A stretch of 64,000 nucleotides of DNA from Thermodesulfobacteriota bacterium (GCA_964291405.2 OZ219926.1:1248001-1312000); one strand, 5' to 3'. Positions 1-10,570 are shown, counted from the first letter of the stretch. The notes: generated by a model from the letters alone, not told the origin. Made by a program: numbers and translations.

Positions 1-120
1 TTTCCTCTTGGTGTTGTATTGTCGGATCTCGTTATTGAGCTTTTGAACATTCTGGCGCTGCTTAGCCTGCGCCTGTCGCAGCATGGAACGGTATTGGGAC
101 GGGGTTACGCGGCGGGCCAT
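1..120 (-). CDS. 5' part of a gene running off the window edge; basic, coiled-coil-like N-terminus (MARRVTPSQYRSMLRQAQAKQRQNVQKLNNEIRQYNTKRK...)
   Basis: Manual translation from ATG at 120 is open to base 1; AT-rich promoter-like region upstream; same strand as the DUF488 cluster. Confidence 0.65.
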   Translation of the reverse strand, partial: MARRVTPSQYRSMLRQAQAKQRQNVQKLNNEIRQYNTKRK

Positions 121-213
121 AATAATATCCCTCGCAGATAATATAAGCTTGCTAAATGTAATATATTGTATTCCTAGACTCAAGACACACAGTATATAGT
201 ATCAGTGTTGCCC

Positions 214-257
214 AGCCCGTAGGTCGGCTTACGCTGCGCTAAGCTGACCTACGGGCT
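214..257. repeat. GTAG-family REP-like palindrome; may also act as a terminator hairpin
   Basis: AGCCCGTAGGTCGGCTTA (214-231) pairs with TAAGCTGACCTACGGGCT (240-257) with one G-T mismatch; 5 bp beyond the DUF488 stop codon. Confidence 0.75.
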
Positions 258-262
258 ATCGA

Positions 263-700
263 TTATCCCAAATGGACAATTTCGACATCGCCCCATTGCC
301 TTTCGAGATATTCTGCAACCAGCCGGCGGTGGCAGTGCTCGGGCTTGTCCTCACTGCATAACAGGCATCCATTGGAGATTGTCCTTTTTATGCCCTTCTT
401 ACTAATACGCCTCTTGTCCATAAGGGCCAAAAACTGGCGCTCATATGTTTCCCAGTCCTTGTGCTCTTTACGATAGGCGTCCAGCATCTCTTTGGTAGGG
501 GCAAGGTCCGGCAGATGAACGTACTTCATCCGGCAGATTTTTTTCAGAAAATATGCAAGGTCATCTCTTTTGGCGAATCCCGCCAGTTGGGAGATATTGT
601 TCAGTCGGACATCAACCAAACGTTTTGCGCCGGACTCGCGGAGGAGTTCAAAGAAAGTGGCAGCGGATTTTTTCGTGAAACCAATAGTATATACTTTCAA
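263..700 (-). CDS. DUF488 family protein (short type)
   Basis: YTIGFTKKSA..FF, LVDVR, SQLAGFAK, LAPT and CLLCSEDKPEHCHR motifs; 4-bp overlap with the upstream DUF488 gene. Confidence 0.9.
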   Translation of the reverse strand: MKVYTIGFTKKSAATFFELLRESGAKRLVDVRLNNISQLAGFAKRDDLAYFLKKICRMKYVHLPDLAPTKEMLDAYRKEHKDWETYERQFLALMDKRRISKKGIKRTISNGCLLCSEDKPEHCHRRLVAEYLERQWGDVEIVHLG

Positions 701-1332
701 AGCACACTCTCCCGCTGGTTGGCACTGGCCTGGGATTTTTCGTCAGTATAGGCCACTTTCTGCGCCTGACGGGTAAGAGCGTCAGCGATGACCTCTGCTC
801 TGGAGGTGAACATATCGCCATCATGGGGCAGTTTGAACAGGTCCAACAGCCGGTCCATAGCAGCGGAGTGATTTTCTATTCTGCCGTCGGCCAGGATATG
901 CTCAACTGCAACGCCGCGTTCTGAAAGTATCCGGGCAACCAACAGCGTACGGTGGCATTCCAAGGGTTCTTTCTCGGTACACATCAGGGCAATGCGGCGT
1001 TCATTGGCGTCTCGCATGACACGTCTGAGACCGTCATCAAACAGGGCCGTATTCGCTACCCGGTCGTACCGGACTCTCCCCTTAGTATCGTAGCACGAGC
1101 GGTCGGAAGGTCGTCCGCCCAGTTCGCGACCCAGAAACACATACCCGATTCCCATGCCCTCCAGCATTCTGTTCAGACTTTCGGAGTTGAAGTACGAAAT
1201 ATGTCGGCTGTACGGGGTCGAGCGAACATCAACGACTTCAGCCACGTCGTGCCGTAGCAGCAGTTGGATGAACGTTTCCGGCGAATGGTTGGAGTGGCCG
1301 ACCGTGAACACCGTATATTGGGTTGCGCTCAT
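697..1332 (-). CDS. DUF488 family protein (long type)
   Basis: VFTVGHSNH, VDVRSTPYSR, ELGGRP and IALMCTEKEPLECHR motifs. Confidence 0.9.
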   Translation of the reverse strand: MSATQYTVFTVGHSNHSPETFIQLLLRHDVAEVVDVRSTPYSRHISYFNSESLNRMLEGMGIGYVFLGRELGGRPSDRSCYDTKGRVRYDRVANTALFDDGLRRVMRDANERRIALMCTEKEPLECHRTLLVARILSERGVAVEHILADGRIENHSAAMDRLLDLFKLPHDGDMFTSRAEVIADALTRQAQKVAYTDEKSQASANQRESVL

Positions 1333-1347
1333 TGTGTTATTCCTCCG

Positions 1348-2025
1348 TCAAGGCTCGATAATGGCGGCAATGAGTTTGTAAGCATAGCCGTGAAAGGGCT
1401 CGCCAAGGCTGACCGTGAGAAACCTCTCTCCAATTTGATAACTACCATCAGGTTGTCGCAGATACTGCCGCGTACAAGTAGGATCTGTAACCCGAAGCCA
1501 ATAAGCTATTCCATTATACCTAAACCGGCCTTGCACGCTTCGTCGGTAGCTACCCAGTCGGGAAACATATAATTCTAGCCTGTCAACCTTGATGAGGCGT
1601 AGCGAGTGATTCAGCGATCTAGCGTCACGGATTGGAACTCTGTCGTTCATTCCGTTTGCGGAACTACGTCCGTTAATCCAAAGCGGCGCTACTGGGTCAG
1701 TGAATTGCGACAGTTCATTCGGAGTGACACTGCGAATCTTTTGCCAGTAATATTCTGGATCAAGCAACCAATTCTCTTGTTGGTAATCTTCTGGTTGCGC
1801 ATTGAGAATAGGCACGTCAATAACGTCAAGAACGCGAGGATCACTCCCGTCCTCATACTGCCGCTCCTCCTCCGATACTTCCTGACTCTCCCGATCGCTT
1901 ACAGGGCGAATCCAATCTCTAACCTGCCCATCCTCTCGAATCTCTTTGCCTGCTATACAGCGGCCACTCATCTTGCGGGAGTTTGCAAGGCACACGATAC
2001 GCTTGATGATCTTAGTAGCCATCAT
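1348..2025 (-). CDS. dual OB-fold-like domain protein
   Basis: IVCLANSRKMSGRCIAG, WIRPVS, YQQENW, LRVTDP, LTVSLGEP..GYAYKLIAAI; AGAAGG RBS before ATG 2025. Confidence 0.75.
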   Translation of the reverse strand: MMATKIIKRIVCLANSRKMSGRCIAGKEIREDGQVRDWIRPVSDRESQEVSEEERQYEDGSDPRVLDVIDVPILNAQPEDYQQENWLLDPEYYWQKIRSVTPNELSQFTDPVAPLWINGRSSANGMNDRVPIRDARSLNHSLRLIKVDRLELYVSRLGSYRRSVQGRFRYNGIAYWLRVTDPTCTRQYLRQPDGSYQIGERFLTVSLGEPFHGYAYKLIAAIIEP

Positions 2026-2087
2026 TTTCCTTCTGTAAGATGATCTGACACTATTATACAAGCGATTCTACAGACACAACTCCGCTA

Positions 2088-2122
2088 GCCCCGTAGGTCG
2101 GATTAGCGGAGGATAATCCAAC
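2088..2122. repeat. degenerate GTAG REP-like element
   Basis: GCCCCGTAGGTCGGATTAGCGGAGGATAATCCAAC shares its CCCGTAGGTCGG-TTA head with 214-257. Confidence 0.6.
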
Positions 2123-2176
2123 ATTTCCGTTGCTTTTGTACTTGTCTGTCGGACACTTTTATTTGCACGGTCAAAG

Positions 2177-3430
2177 TCAGCGTCGGCGTGAAGTTCCCGG
2201 CAGTAATAGCTGTTGGGGAAATGCAATCCGGTCTGTGGGACTGACCCGTCTCAGCATCCGCGAGCGTACCGTGCCATCTGGACGGAGAATATCAATTTCC
2301 CTTTCTCGAAAAAGTTCGAGGACGACGGAATCAAGGTCTGAGAAGCGAGCGGCGGTTCTATTCGCAAACATATGCCGCATCGTATCTATGGTGACAGGCT
2401 CTTCAGACGCCAAACTGAAAAGCTCGTCGGGCATTGAGTTGAGCAGTTGCCTGCGCATAGCCTCGGCGTCCAGTTCTTCAAAATGGAACAGTGGAAGTGT
2501 TTCTGAGTTCAAAGCGTCCCATCCCAGCATGTCGAAGCCACCGGGACCATAGTGCTCGAATTTATTGTAATTGTTCCAGTGACATTGGATCATCACATCA
2601 CGTGCTGTGGGGTGTCTCGAAAGATGAAGAAACCACAGGGCGCGCCGCGACTGTCTGGGCCGAATAAAGAACGGCGTATCATAGGTCGCTTTCGTTGCGT
2701 TACGAATGTGTCCCCGGAGTACTCTTTGAACGAGTGCTCTTCCGCCATCACCATTACGGAGTTGGATCAAGTCGGATATTCGTTGTTCTGTCAGTTCGAG
2801 TGGAGTGACCATTCGGACAAATTCCGGCGTCTCCGCAAGAAAGTTGGTGAGGGCGTCTGCCGCAAACGTCAGAATAATCTCCGCAGCAGGTAGCTCACTG
2901 AAAATCCGAGCGATGAGGCTGATTTCCACCTGTGAAAAGCCGCACTGGTCCAGCAGAAAAAGTGAGCGGCCAGCTCTTGGTTGGCGACGGCGAATTTCGG
3001 TGATAATCCCGTCCACCACATCTTCAAACGGACTGTTACGGACAACGATCTTTTCGTTATCCACCTGATAGCCGCGTTCGTCCAAGACTTTTTGGAGGTG
3101 GTTTGTGTGAGCAGCTTCTACATCAACAAAATAATATTTGAAGTCGAAATGAAGGGTTTTGGTACGATCCTGGCTCAGCCTCTCTATCGCGGCTTCAGAT
3201 TCCTCAAGCATGATTAAAGGCGTGCCGGACACGATCTCGTCGCCATCCAGAAACGTCCCTCCGCCTGCGAAGCCATCAATAAGATCGAGCTTGAATTGAT
3301 CGCGAGAAGGGTTGATGCTCAGCCTGTCGAAATAAGCACGAAGATAACTGCGTAAGACATCAAGTTTCGCCTTGCTGTGTTCTTCTATCGAAGGCGGGGG
3401 TTCATCAGGATGCCATTTGAAGTCTGCCAT
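2177..3430 (-). CDS. tcmP: three-Cys-motif partner protein TcmP (SAM-binding methyltransferase-like fold with C-terminal extension)
   Basis: EEHSKAKLDVLRSYL, LIDGFAGGG, GTPL, YFVD and FLLDQCGF motifs; overlaps the DUF5131 gene by 26 bp. Confidence 0.85.
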   Translation of the reverse strand: MADFKWHPDEPPPSIEEHSKAKLDVLRSYLRAYFDRLSINPSRDQFKLDLIDGFAGGGTFLDGDEIVSGTPLIMLEESEAAIERLSQDRTKTLHFDFKYYFVDVEAAHTNHLQKVLDERGYQVDNEKIVVRNSPFEDVVDGIITEIRRRQPRAGRSLFLLDQCGFSQVEISLIARIFSELPAAEIILTFAADALTNFLAETPEFVRMVTPLELTEQRISDLIQLRNGDGGRALVQRVLRGHIRNATKATYDTPFFIRPRQSRRALWFLHLSRHPTARDVMIQCHWNNYNKFEHYGPGGFDMLGWDALNSETLPLFHFEELDAEAMRRQLLNSMPDELFSLASEEPVTIDTMRHMFANRTAARFSDLDSVVLELFREREIDILRPDGTVRSRMLRRVSPTDRIAFPQQLLLPGTSRRR

Positions 3431-4166
3431 CTTCCCCCGCCTCCAAATACCTGGGCACCCCGTTGTACTCGATTCCCTCTAGTATGCGTCCCTTTGCTTT
3501 CGGCGTCGGTCCACCCCACTGCTTGAAAAAGAAGGGCACGCCCTCCTGCTCGCAGCGATCCCGTACCTCAATGACCCACTCGGGCCGCATGGGCCGGGCC
3601 TTGGGGCCGCTTTCTCCGCCGACGATGACCCAGGCGATCCCCTGGAGGTCTAGATCCCCTATGGGGCCGAGCAATGGCTCGATGGAAAGAAAGCGCGTGG
3701 AGATGGGAGCCTGCTGAAGATGCCGGACCCTGGCGGTCGCCGTGTGGTCTTCAACCGACACTCCGCACCAAATATGCCGTGGGGTAGGACGCGATTGATA
3801 GCGGCGCTGGACATATCTTTTCATGAGCGTACTCCGCTTCGTCAATATCTGGAAAATATGCCGATCAGCCGCTTCCATGATGTCGAACACTTGGTCGATA
3901 AATGTTGTGGGAACCCGCTTGTGGAAGAGATCACTCATGGAATTTACAAAGATCATGCGTGGGCGTTTCCACGTCAGTGGTTGGCTCAGGCGCTCAGGCC
4001 GTAGCGTTAAATCGAACCCGTGTTCAAAGGGGTGTCCGGGAACGCCCCGAAAGCGCTCGGAGAAGCGCTCAGCGTAACAGTGGTCACAGCCCCGCGTGAT
4101 CTTGGTACAGCCTGTCACCGGGTTCCAGGTTGCGTCCGTCCACTCGATTGTAGATTTATAGCTCAT
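3405..4166 (-). CDS. DUF5131 / phage Gp37-Gp68 family protein (radical-SAM-like, Cx6Cx2C)
   Basis: IEWTDATWNPVTGCTKITRGCDHCYAE, FVNSMSDLFH, LTKR, WVIVGGESG, FFFKQWGG. Confidence 0.93.
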   Translation of the reverse strand: MSYKSTIEWTDATWNPVTGCTKITRGCDHCYAERFSERFRGVPGHPFEHGFDLTLRPERLSQPLTWKRPRMIFVNSMSDLFHKRVPTTFIDQVFDIMEAADRHIFQILTKRSTLMKRYVQRRYQSRPTPRHIWCGVSVEDHTATARVRHLQQAPISTRFLSIEPLLGPIGDLDLQGIAWVIVGGESGPKARPMRPEWVIEVRDRCEQEGVPFFFKQWGGPTPKAKGRILEGIEYNGVPRYLEAGEDGRLQMAS

Positions 4167-4492
4167 GGTGACACTACGTTACGTTATGCGCACGGCGTGC
4201 GCTACTTGGTTGTCTCAGCATCGGTATCAACTCATAGGCGAATATAAAGCGAAAGTAAAGCTCGAACCTGATGTGAATAACGTCCCAGCCTCGGCAGGGC
4301 GAATCGCGACGATATTGGTGACAACCGATACGCCAGCAGTATCGGATTATGCCTCCGGCTCACCGATCTACAGGACTAATCCATTTTGTTGCAGCTCAGC
4401 GTCGATTTGAGCCTGATTGTATGTTTCAGTAAACTCACGGACAAAATAGGTTTACTCTCTGCTCGGAGGACGAGCAAGAAAGGAGCGCAACC

Positions 4493-5044
4493 TTGGAACG
4501 AAGAATCCGTATACTCGCCCTGAGTCTGATCCTCCTATTCTGTCTCGGTCTCGTCAATCTCTCCTTCTCTGATGACGCGATTCGTCTGGAAAGCTGGCGG
4601 CATAGACCGAATGAGGGCAACTTTGCCCAAGGGATTGCCGGAGTCTACCTCATCCGCCACCTCACAGACGAGGGCACGACGAATTCCTTCCGATTGATTT
4701 CCTTAACTGCAGAGGGGAACTGGGCCAGCACCCATTCCGGTCAGCACGACATCTTTGGCTCCGCCCGATTCAGCGACCAGCACGGGGTGTGGGCGCGGTC
4801 GGGCTGGCGGGAAATTACCGCGGAGGTGGTCGATTTCAACCTAGACGCCTTGACCGGAGCGCATACCGATATCGTGCGCGTCCGCTATGTGGTGCAATTC
4901 AGCAAAGATTTACAGTCCGTCACCGGTACGCAGAGGGGGCGGGTCTTTCCGCTTGATCAAGACCCGCTGGACCCGGAGGCGGTACCGGCCATGGAGTTTG
5001 ACTCGATATTCTCAGGACAGCGCGTGACAGTCGAGTCCGAGTAG
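4493..5044 (+). CDS. hypothetical secreted beta-rich protein
   Basis: AAGGAG RBS plus TTG start; hydrophobic N-terminal signal (RIRILALSLILLFCLG); HGVW motif. Confidence 0.65.
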   Translation: MERRIRILALSLILLFCLGLVNLSFSDDAIRLESWRHRPNEGNFAQGIAGVYLIRHLTDEGTTNSFRLISLTAEGNWASTHSGQHDIFGSARFSDQHGVWARSGWREITAEVVDFNLDALTGAHTDIVRVRYVVQFSKDLQSVTGTQRGRVFPLDQDPLDPEAVPAMEFDSIFSGQRVTVESE

Positions 5045-5196
5045 CAACGGCGTGTGTGACGCCGAAGGGATCTGTCGTAAGCGGTGTGTCGATACCGTCT
5101 AGAGCTCGGGTGCAGGAATAGCCTATTCGGCGCTCATCGAGTTCTCCCCGGATCGGTATGGACGGTCGTAGCTCCTGACGATTATGTTGTTCTGGT

Positions 5197-5330
5197 TCAG
5201 TGCTGAGGCAAGCTCCGCAAACGATAGCGATGGGGTTCCACGACACAATAGCATTGCTTGAGATATTCTTCCGTATGTTCTCTCAAGGGGCGTTGTAGCT
5301 GTTGATGGACATCCTCAAAATCGGTGGAGA
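5197..5330 (-). pseudogene. 3' remnant of a DUF5615/PIN-like toxin gene
   Basis: Manual translation ...DFEDVHQQLQRPLREHTEEYLKQCYCVVEPHRYRLRSLPQH*; no start codon or N-terminal part; directly after DUF433. Confidence 0.5.
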
Positions 5331-5527
5331 TTATGTGGCATAGGCCACACAGGCTTTCACATCAGGTCAATATCAAGGTCAGGGTAATACTTTTCACTAA
5401 TCTCCTTAAAGGGAATGCCTTCTTGGGCCAGTTCCAGGACATGCTCAACTAATATCCGTGTCCCTCTGATATACGGTTTTCCGAAATGGACCTGTGAGTC
5501 TACACTGAGACGGTCACGATACTTCAT
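5331..5527 (-). pseudogene. DUF433 antitoxin, frameshifted near the 3' end
   Basis: AGGAGG RBS; MKYRDRLSVDSQVHFGKPYIRGTRILVEHVLEL...YYPDLDIDLM* (stop at 5357); the expected tail DVKACVAYAT is in another frame. Confidence 0.75.
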
Positions 5528-5617
5528 AGAATGTGTATCCTCCTGGGCGTCAGTCTGAGATACCTGAGCACATCTTTGAAATAAACACTTACTTCACCAC
5601 TTCTCATTCAACCACAC

Positions 5618-6502
5618 TTAACGGGGGTCGTTGGGAAGCGCGCGCTGGGTAAATCCCACTACCATGCCAAAGGCTTGCTCCGGCCCGAGAATGACGGTGT
5701 CTGCGCCGTCCGGTTCGGGTCGGAGTTGCTTGTCTCTCAGAAAATCCCGGGCCTGGCCGAGGTCCGCGGTCTTGAATATCAGGGAGTAAATGCCCTCGCC
5801 GTTTTGCTCCAACTCACGGCCTTCCGGGCTGATCGTGGAAAGGGGCTGGGCCAGTTCTACGACCGTGTCTTCTCCAACAGCCACAAAGGCACTCTGCTTG
5901 CGATCCTCAGTGTGCTCCTCGTGGAGCAGGGTCCCGTCCAGAATGTCGCAATACAGCCGCTTGGCCGCGGACAGGTCCCTGACGACGACACCGATGTGCG
6001 AGGCACGCTGGATGCCGAGCGGATGCTGGCGCCAAGGGTCGCTTGACCAGCCCGGTTCCAGCCGCGGGTCGGCGATGTAGTCGCCGGACAGGGCAAACTC
6101 CAGTTGGCCGGGTGTCTGTCTCGGATGCGTCCAAATGGCCGCCGTATCGTACGGCGGCTTTACCTCTTTGCCGACAAGGTTATAGAGCCGCAGGCCGGCT
6201 GTATCGAGCCGGGCAGAGATGGCCGCAACATCGTCTACATACCAGGCAATGGAGTGGAAGTGCTGCCCGAAACGATCGTGAAATTTTTTCACCGACGGGT
6301 TTTTGAGGTTCTCCACGCGGGCGGGCATCATCGGTTCCATGATGACGTCTCCGATGGCAATCAGGGAGGCGTTACGGCCGGCCAGCTCTTCATAGCCGTT
6401 ATAGAAGCGCGTGACCGAGAACACGTCGTCATACCACCGGTCAACGGCTTCGAGGTCGTCCACAACATGGGTGAGATGAAACAGTTTGCCTATGGTGAAC
6501 AT
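5618..6502 (-). CDS. VOC/glyoxalase family protein (two VOC repeats)
   Basis: FHLTHVVDDL, HFHSIAWYVDD, SHIGVVVRDL, VELAQP..GEGIYSL. Confidence 0.85.
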   Translation of the reverse strand: MFTIGKLFHLTHVVDDLEAVDRWYDDVFSVTRFYNGYEELAGRNASLIAIGDVIMEPMMPARVENLKNPSVKKFHDRFGQHFHSIAWYVDDVAAISARLDTAGLRLYNLVGKEVKPPYDTAAIWTHPRQTPGQLEFALSGDYIADPRLEPGWSSDPWRQHPLGIQRASHIGVVVRDLSAAKRLYCDILDGTLLHEEHTEDRKQSAFVAVGEDTVVELAQPLSTISPEGRELEQNGEGIYSLIFKTADLGQARDFLRDKQLRPEPDGADTVILGPEQAFGMVVGFTQRALPNDPR

Positions 6503-6553
6503 GCGTGTCTCTCCTTGCTTTGCACGTGCGAGCTGGTCACGGCCTTGCGCCGT

Positions 6554-7012
6554 TCAGTCGTTGTTGGCCCAGCTCTCTTCGTAGTTCGTGTGCATACGCC
6601 CACGCGCGCGGAGGTGCTGTATCTTCCACTCTCCGTTCACTTTGACGTAATCGTCCTCATAGCGCGCCGCCAGCCACTTGGCCTGATTGTTCTTGTAGAA
6701 CGTGAACGGCCCAAAGAAGTACCAGATACCGGTGGCCCGGTCGCCGTCGATTTTGATGATCGGGTTCATTACCTGGTGCTGGGAGAAGCTGATCAGCGTC
6801 TGAAATTTTTTGAACAGCTCACGAATGGCCTCATGGCCCTGGGCTTTGCCGAAACCAGCACCTTCCCAGATACCGTCTTGGGCAAAAATCGTAGTGATGC
6901 GCTCCGGGTTGTGGTCATCATCGCAAATATCGCAGTAGGTTGCCTTGAGTTGTTTGATGGCCTCAAGGTCCTCAATACGCGTGATACGTTGTTCCAGCTC
7001 GGTCATATCCAT
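6554..7012 (-). CDS. NTF2/SnoaL-like family protein (LinA/BaiE-type)
   Basis: RIEDLEAIKQLKATYC..D, HQVMNPII.IDGDRATG.WY, RYEDDYVKVNGEWKI. Confidence 0.88.
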   Translation of the reverse strand: MDMTELEQRITRIEDLEAIKQLKATYCDICDDDHNPERITTIFAQDGIWEGAGFGKAQGHEAIRELFKKFQTLISFSQHQVMNPIIKIDGDRATGIWYFFGPFTFYKNNQAKWLAARYEDDYVKVNGEWKIQHLRARGRMHTNYEESWANND

Positions 7013-7041
7013 TGGTGTACGCTCCTTCCTTCGTTTCGGGC

Positions 7042-8745
7042 TTATTGCTCATGAGTGCGGAGCACCTGCCCCGGCAGGCCGCCGACATATTCTCCCTCTT
7101 CGTACAGTACGTGTCCGTTCACAATCGTATGGGTGATCCCTTCCGACTGCGTGACGAGCCGACGGCCGCCGCCGGGTAGATCATGCCGAACCTCCGGGCG
7201 TTCCGGAGAGCGCACGGTGTTCAGGTCGAAAATGGTGATGTCCGCCGCCATGCCGGGCCGCAGCAAGCCGCGCTGAGGCAGGCCGAAATACTGTGCCGGC
7301 TCGGAGGTGATGCGCTTCACCGCATGTTCCAGCGTAATCGCCTGTTTGTCGCGCACGAAGGTGCCCAACAGATAGGTTGGATAGCCGGCGTTACACAGCA
7401 TATCGACGTGCGCACCACCGTCAGAGATGCCGATCAGCGTGCGTGGGTCACTGAACTTCTTTGCTACCCGTTCCTCATTGATATCGAGCCGCGGCAGCAT
7501 ATAGTCGAGCCTGAGCCCATCTTCAAGCGAGAGGTCAAAGAAGGCGTCGAGCGGCGCCACGCCACGCTCCTGAGCGATCTGGGCGATCGTTTTCCACTCG
7601 AGCGCCTTGAGGGCGGGCTGCGTCGCTTCCTTCACCTGCGTATTCTTCCAGATGTCACGCAAAAGCGGACGGTGTTCCAGGTCGGCGGCAAACGCGCGAC
7701 GAAACTCCGCGTCCGCATAGGTCCGCTTTTGATCTTCGAGCGAGGCATCACCGAATACCGGCTTCATGGAGCGCAGACTGGCGAACAGGAACGGGTTGCG
7801 CAGATTAAACTCAACCGTCAGTGGCCGCACGGCAACCTGAGGGCGACAACCGCGGTCCAGTAGCGGCGCAACCTGGTCCAGAGTGTCGGTCCAGGCTGTT
7901 GGCGCATCGTCCCGGTCACGCAGATTGAGCCAGGTGACGGGCCGGCCGCTCTCGGCCGCGAGCAACTCAAGCAGCGCGTATTCTTTTGCGGAAACCGTGC
8001 TCGGCTGTTTCGTCAGCGCGATTTCAATTGTGCCGCGGCCGCGTTCCGCGAGGAGCCTGGAATAGGTACGCAGTTCATCCCGGCTCGCCAGACGGCAGGC
8101 CAGCGGTTTGGCTTTGTAGCCGATATGCTGTGGCAGGACCGTGAGCGAGAAGCCGAGTGCGCCGGCGTCAAGCGCTTCGCCCAGCAGCGCGCTGATCTTC
8201 GCCGTTTCATCCTCTGTGGCCTCACGCTCCATAGCGTCGTTCCCCATGACGAACTGACGGAACGGAGACAGGGCGGCCAGAAATCCGACGTTGATACCAA
8301 CCCCGCGCTGAGCCGCCGCGGCCATATACTGTGGGAAGCTTTCCCAGTCCCACGGGAGGCCCTGGTTGAGGACTTCGTAGGGAATCGCCTCAACGTGGAC
8401 AAGGTTCGAGGTCGCAATATCGCGCTCTTCGGGCCTACAGGGAGCCAGACCGACACCGCAGTTGCCCATGATGACGCTGGTCACGCCATGCCAGGATGAA
8501 CAGGTGACCAGCGGGTCCCAACAGATTTGGGCATCATAATGGGTATGTGGATCAATAAAGCCCGGCGCAACAATGAGATCGGCGGCGTCGATGACACGCG
8601 TGGCTCCAGCCGTGATTCTGTCCGAGCCCTTGCCTATCTCAACGATACGACCGGCCCGGACTGCCAGGTCGGCCCGAAAAGCGGGCTGCCCGCTGCCATC
8701 GACGAGGGTTCCGTTTTTTATGAGTAGATCGTAGACCATTATCAT
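7042..8745 (-). CDS. N-acyl-D-amino-acid deacylase family amidohydrolase
   Basis: PGFIDPHTHYDAQ, HGVTSVIMGNCG, SDGGAH, RGLLRPGMAADI. Confidence 0.9.
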   Translation of the reverse strand: MIMVYDLLIKNGTLVDGSGQPAFRADLAVRAGRIVEIGKGSDRITAGATRVIDAADLIVAPGFIDPHTHYDAQICWDPLVTCSSWHGVTSVIMGNCGVGLAPCRPEERDIATSNLVHVEAIPYEVLNQGLPWDWESFPQYMAAAAQRGVGINVGFLAALSPFRQFVMGNDAMEREATEDETAKISALLGEALDAGALGFSLTVLPQHIGYKAKPLACRLASRDELRTYSRLLAERGRGTIEIALTKQPSTVSAKEYALLELLAAESGRPVTWLNLRDRDDAPTAWTDTLDQVAPLLDRGCRPQVAVRPLTVEFNLRNPFLFASLRSMKPVFGDASLEDQKRTYADAEFRRAFAADLEHRPLLRDIWKNTQVKEATQPALKALEWKTIAQIAQERGVAPLDAFFDLSLEDGLRLDYMLPRLDINEERVAKKFSDPRTLIGISDGGAHVDMLCNAGYPTYLLGTFVRDKQAITLEHAVKRITSEPAQYFGLPQRGLLRPGMAADITIFDLNTVRSPERPEVRHDLPGGGRRLVTQSEGITHTIVNGHVLYEEGEYVGGLPGQVLRTHEQ

Positions 8746-8774
8746 TACCCCCTTTATTGGGCTCCGGTGCGTGA

Positions 8775-10562
<1,788 letters not shown>

Positions 10563-10570
10563 ACGCCTCC

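Noticed and set aside
190-205. LexA-box-like CAGTATATAGTATCAG
   Set aside because: It reads CAG-N10-CAG, not the CTG-N10-CAG palindrome
3405-4166. Prophage suggested by the 'phage Gp37/Gp68' family name
   Set aside because: No structural, terminase, integrase or lysis genes nearby; the family also occurs in chromosomal islands with tcmP
4370-4455. Possible 3' gene remnant on the minus strand (TYFVREFTETYNQAQIDAELQQNGLVL*)
   Set aside because: Too short, has no start codon and matches no family I can name
6104-7054. Long antisense ORFs (6104-7054, also 18754-19704, 28704-29723, 37610-38410)
   Set aside because: They are shadows of well-supported genes on the opposite strand in GC-rich DNA, with no motifs of their own
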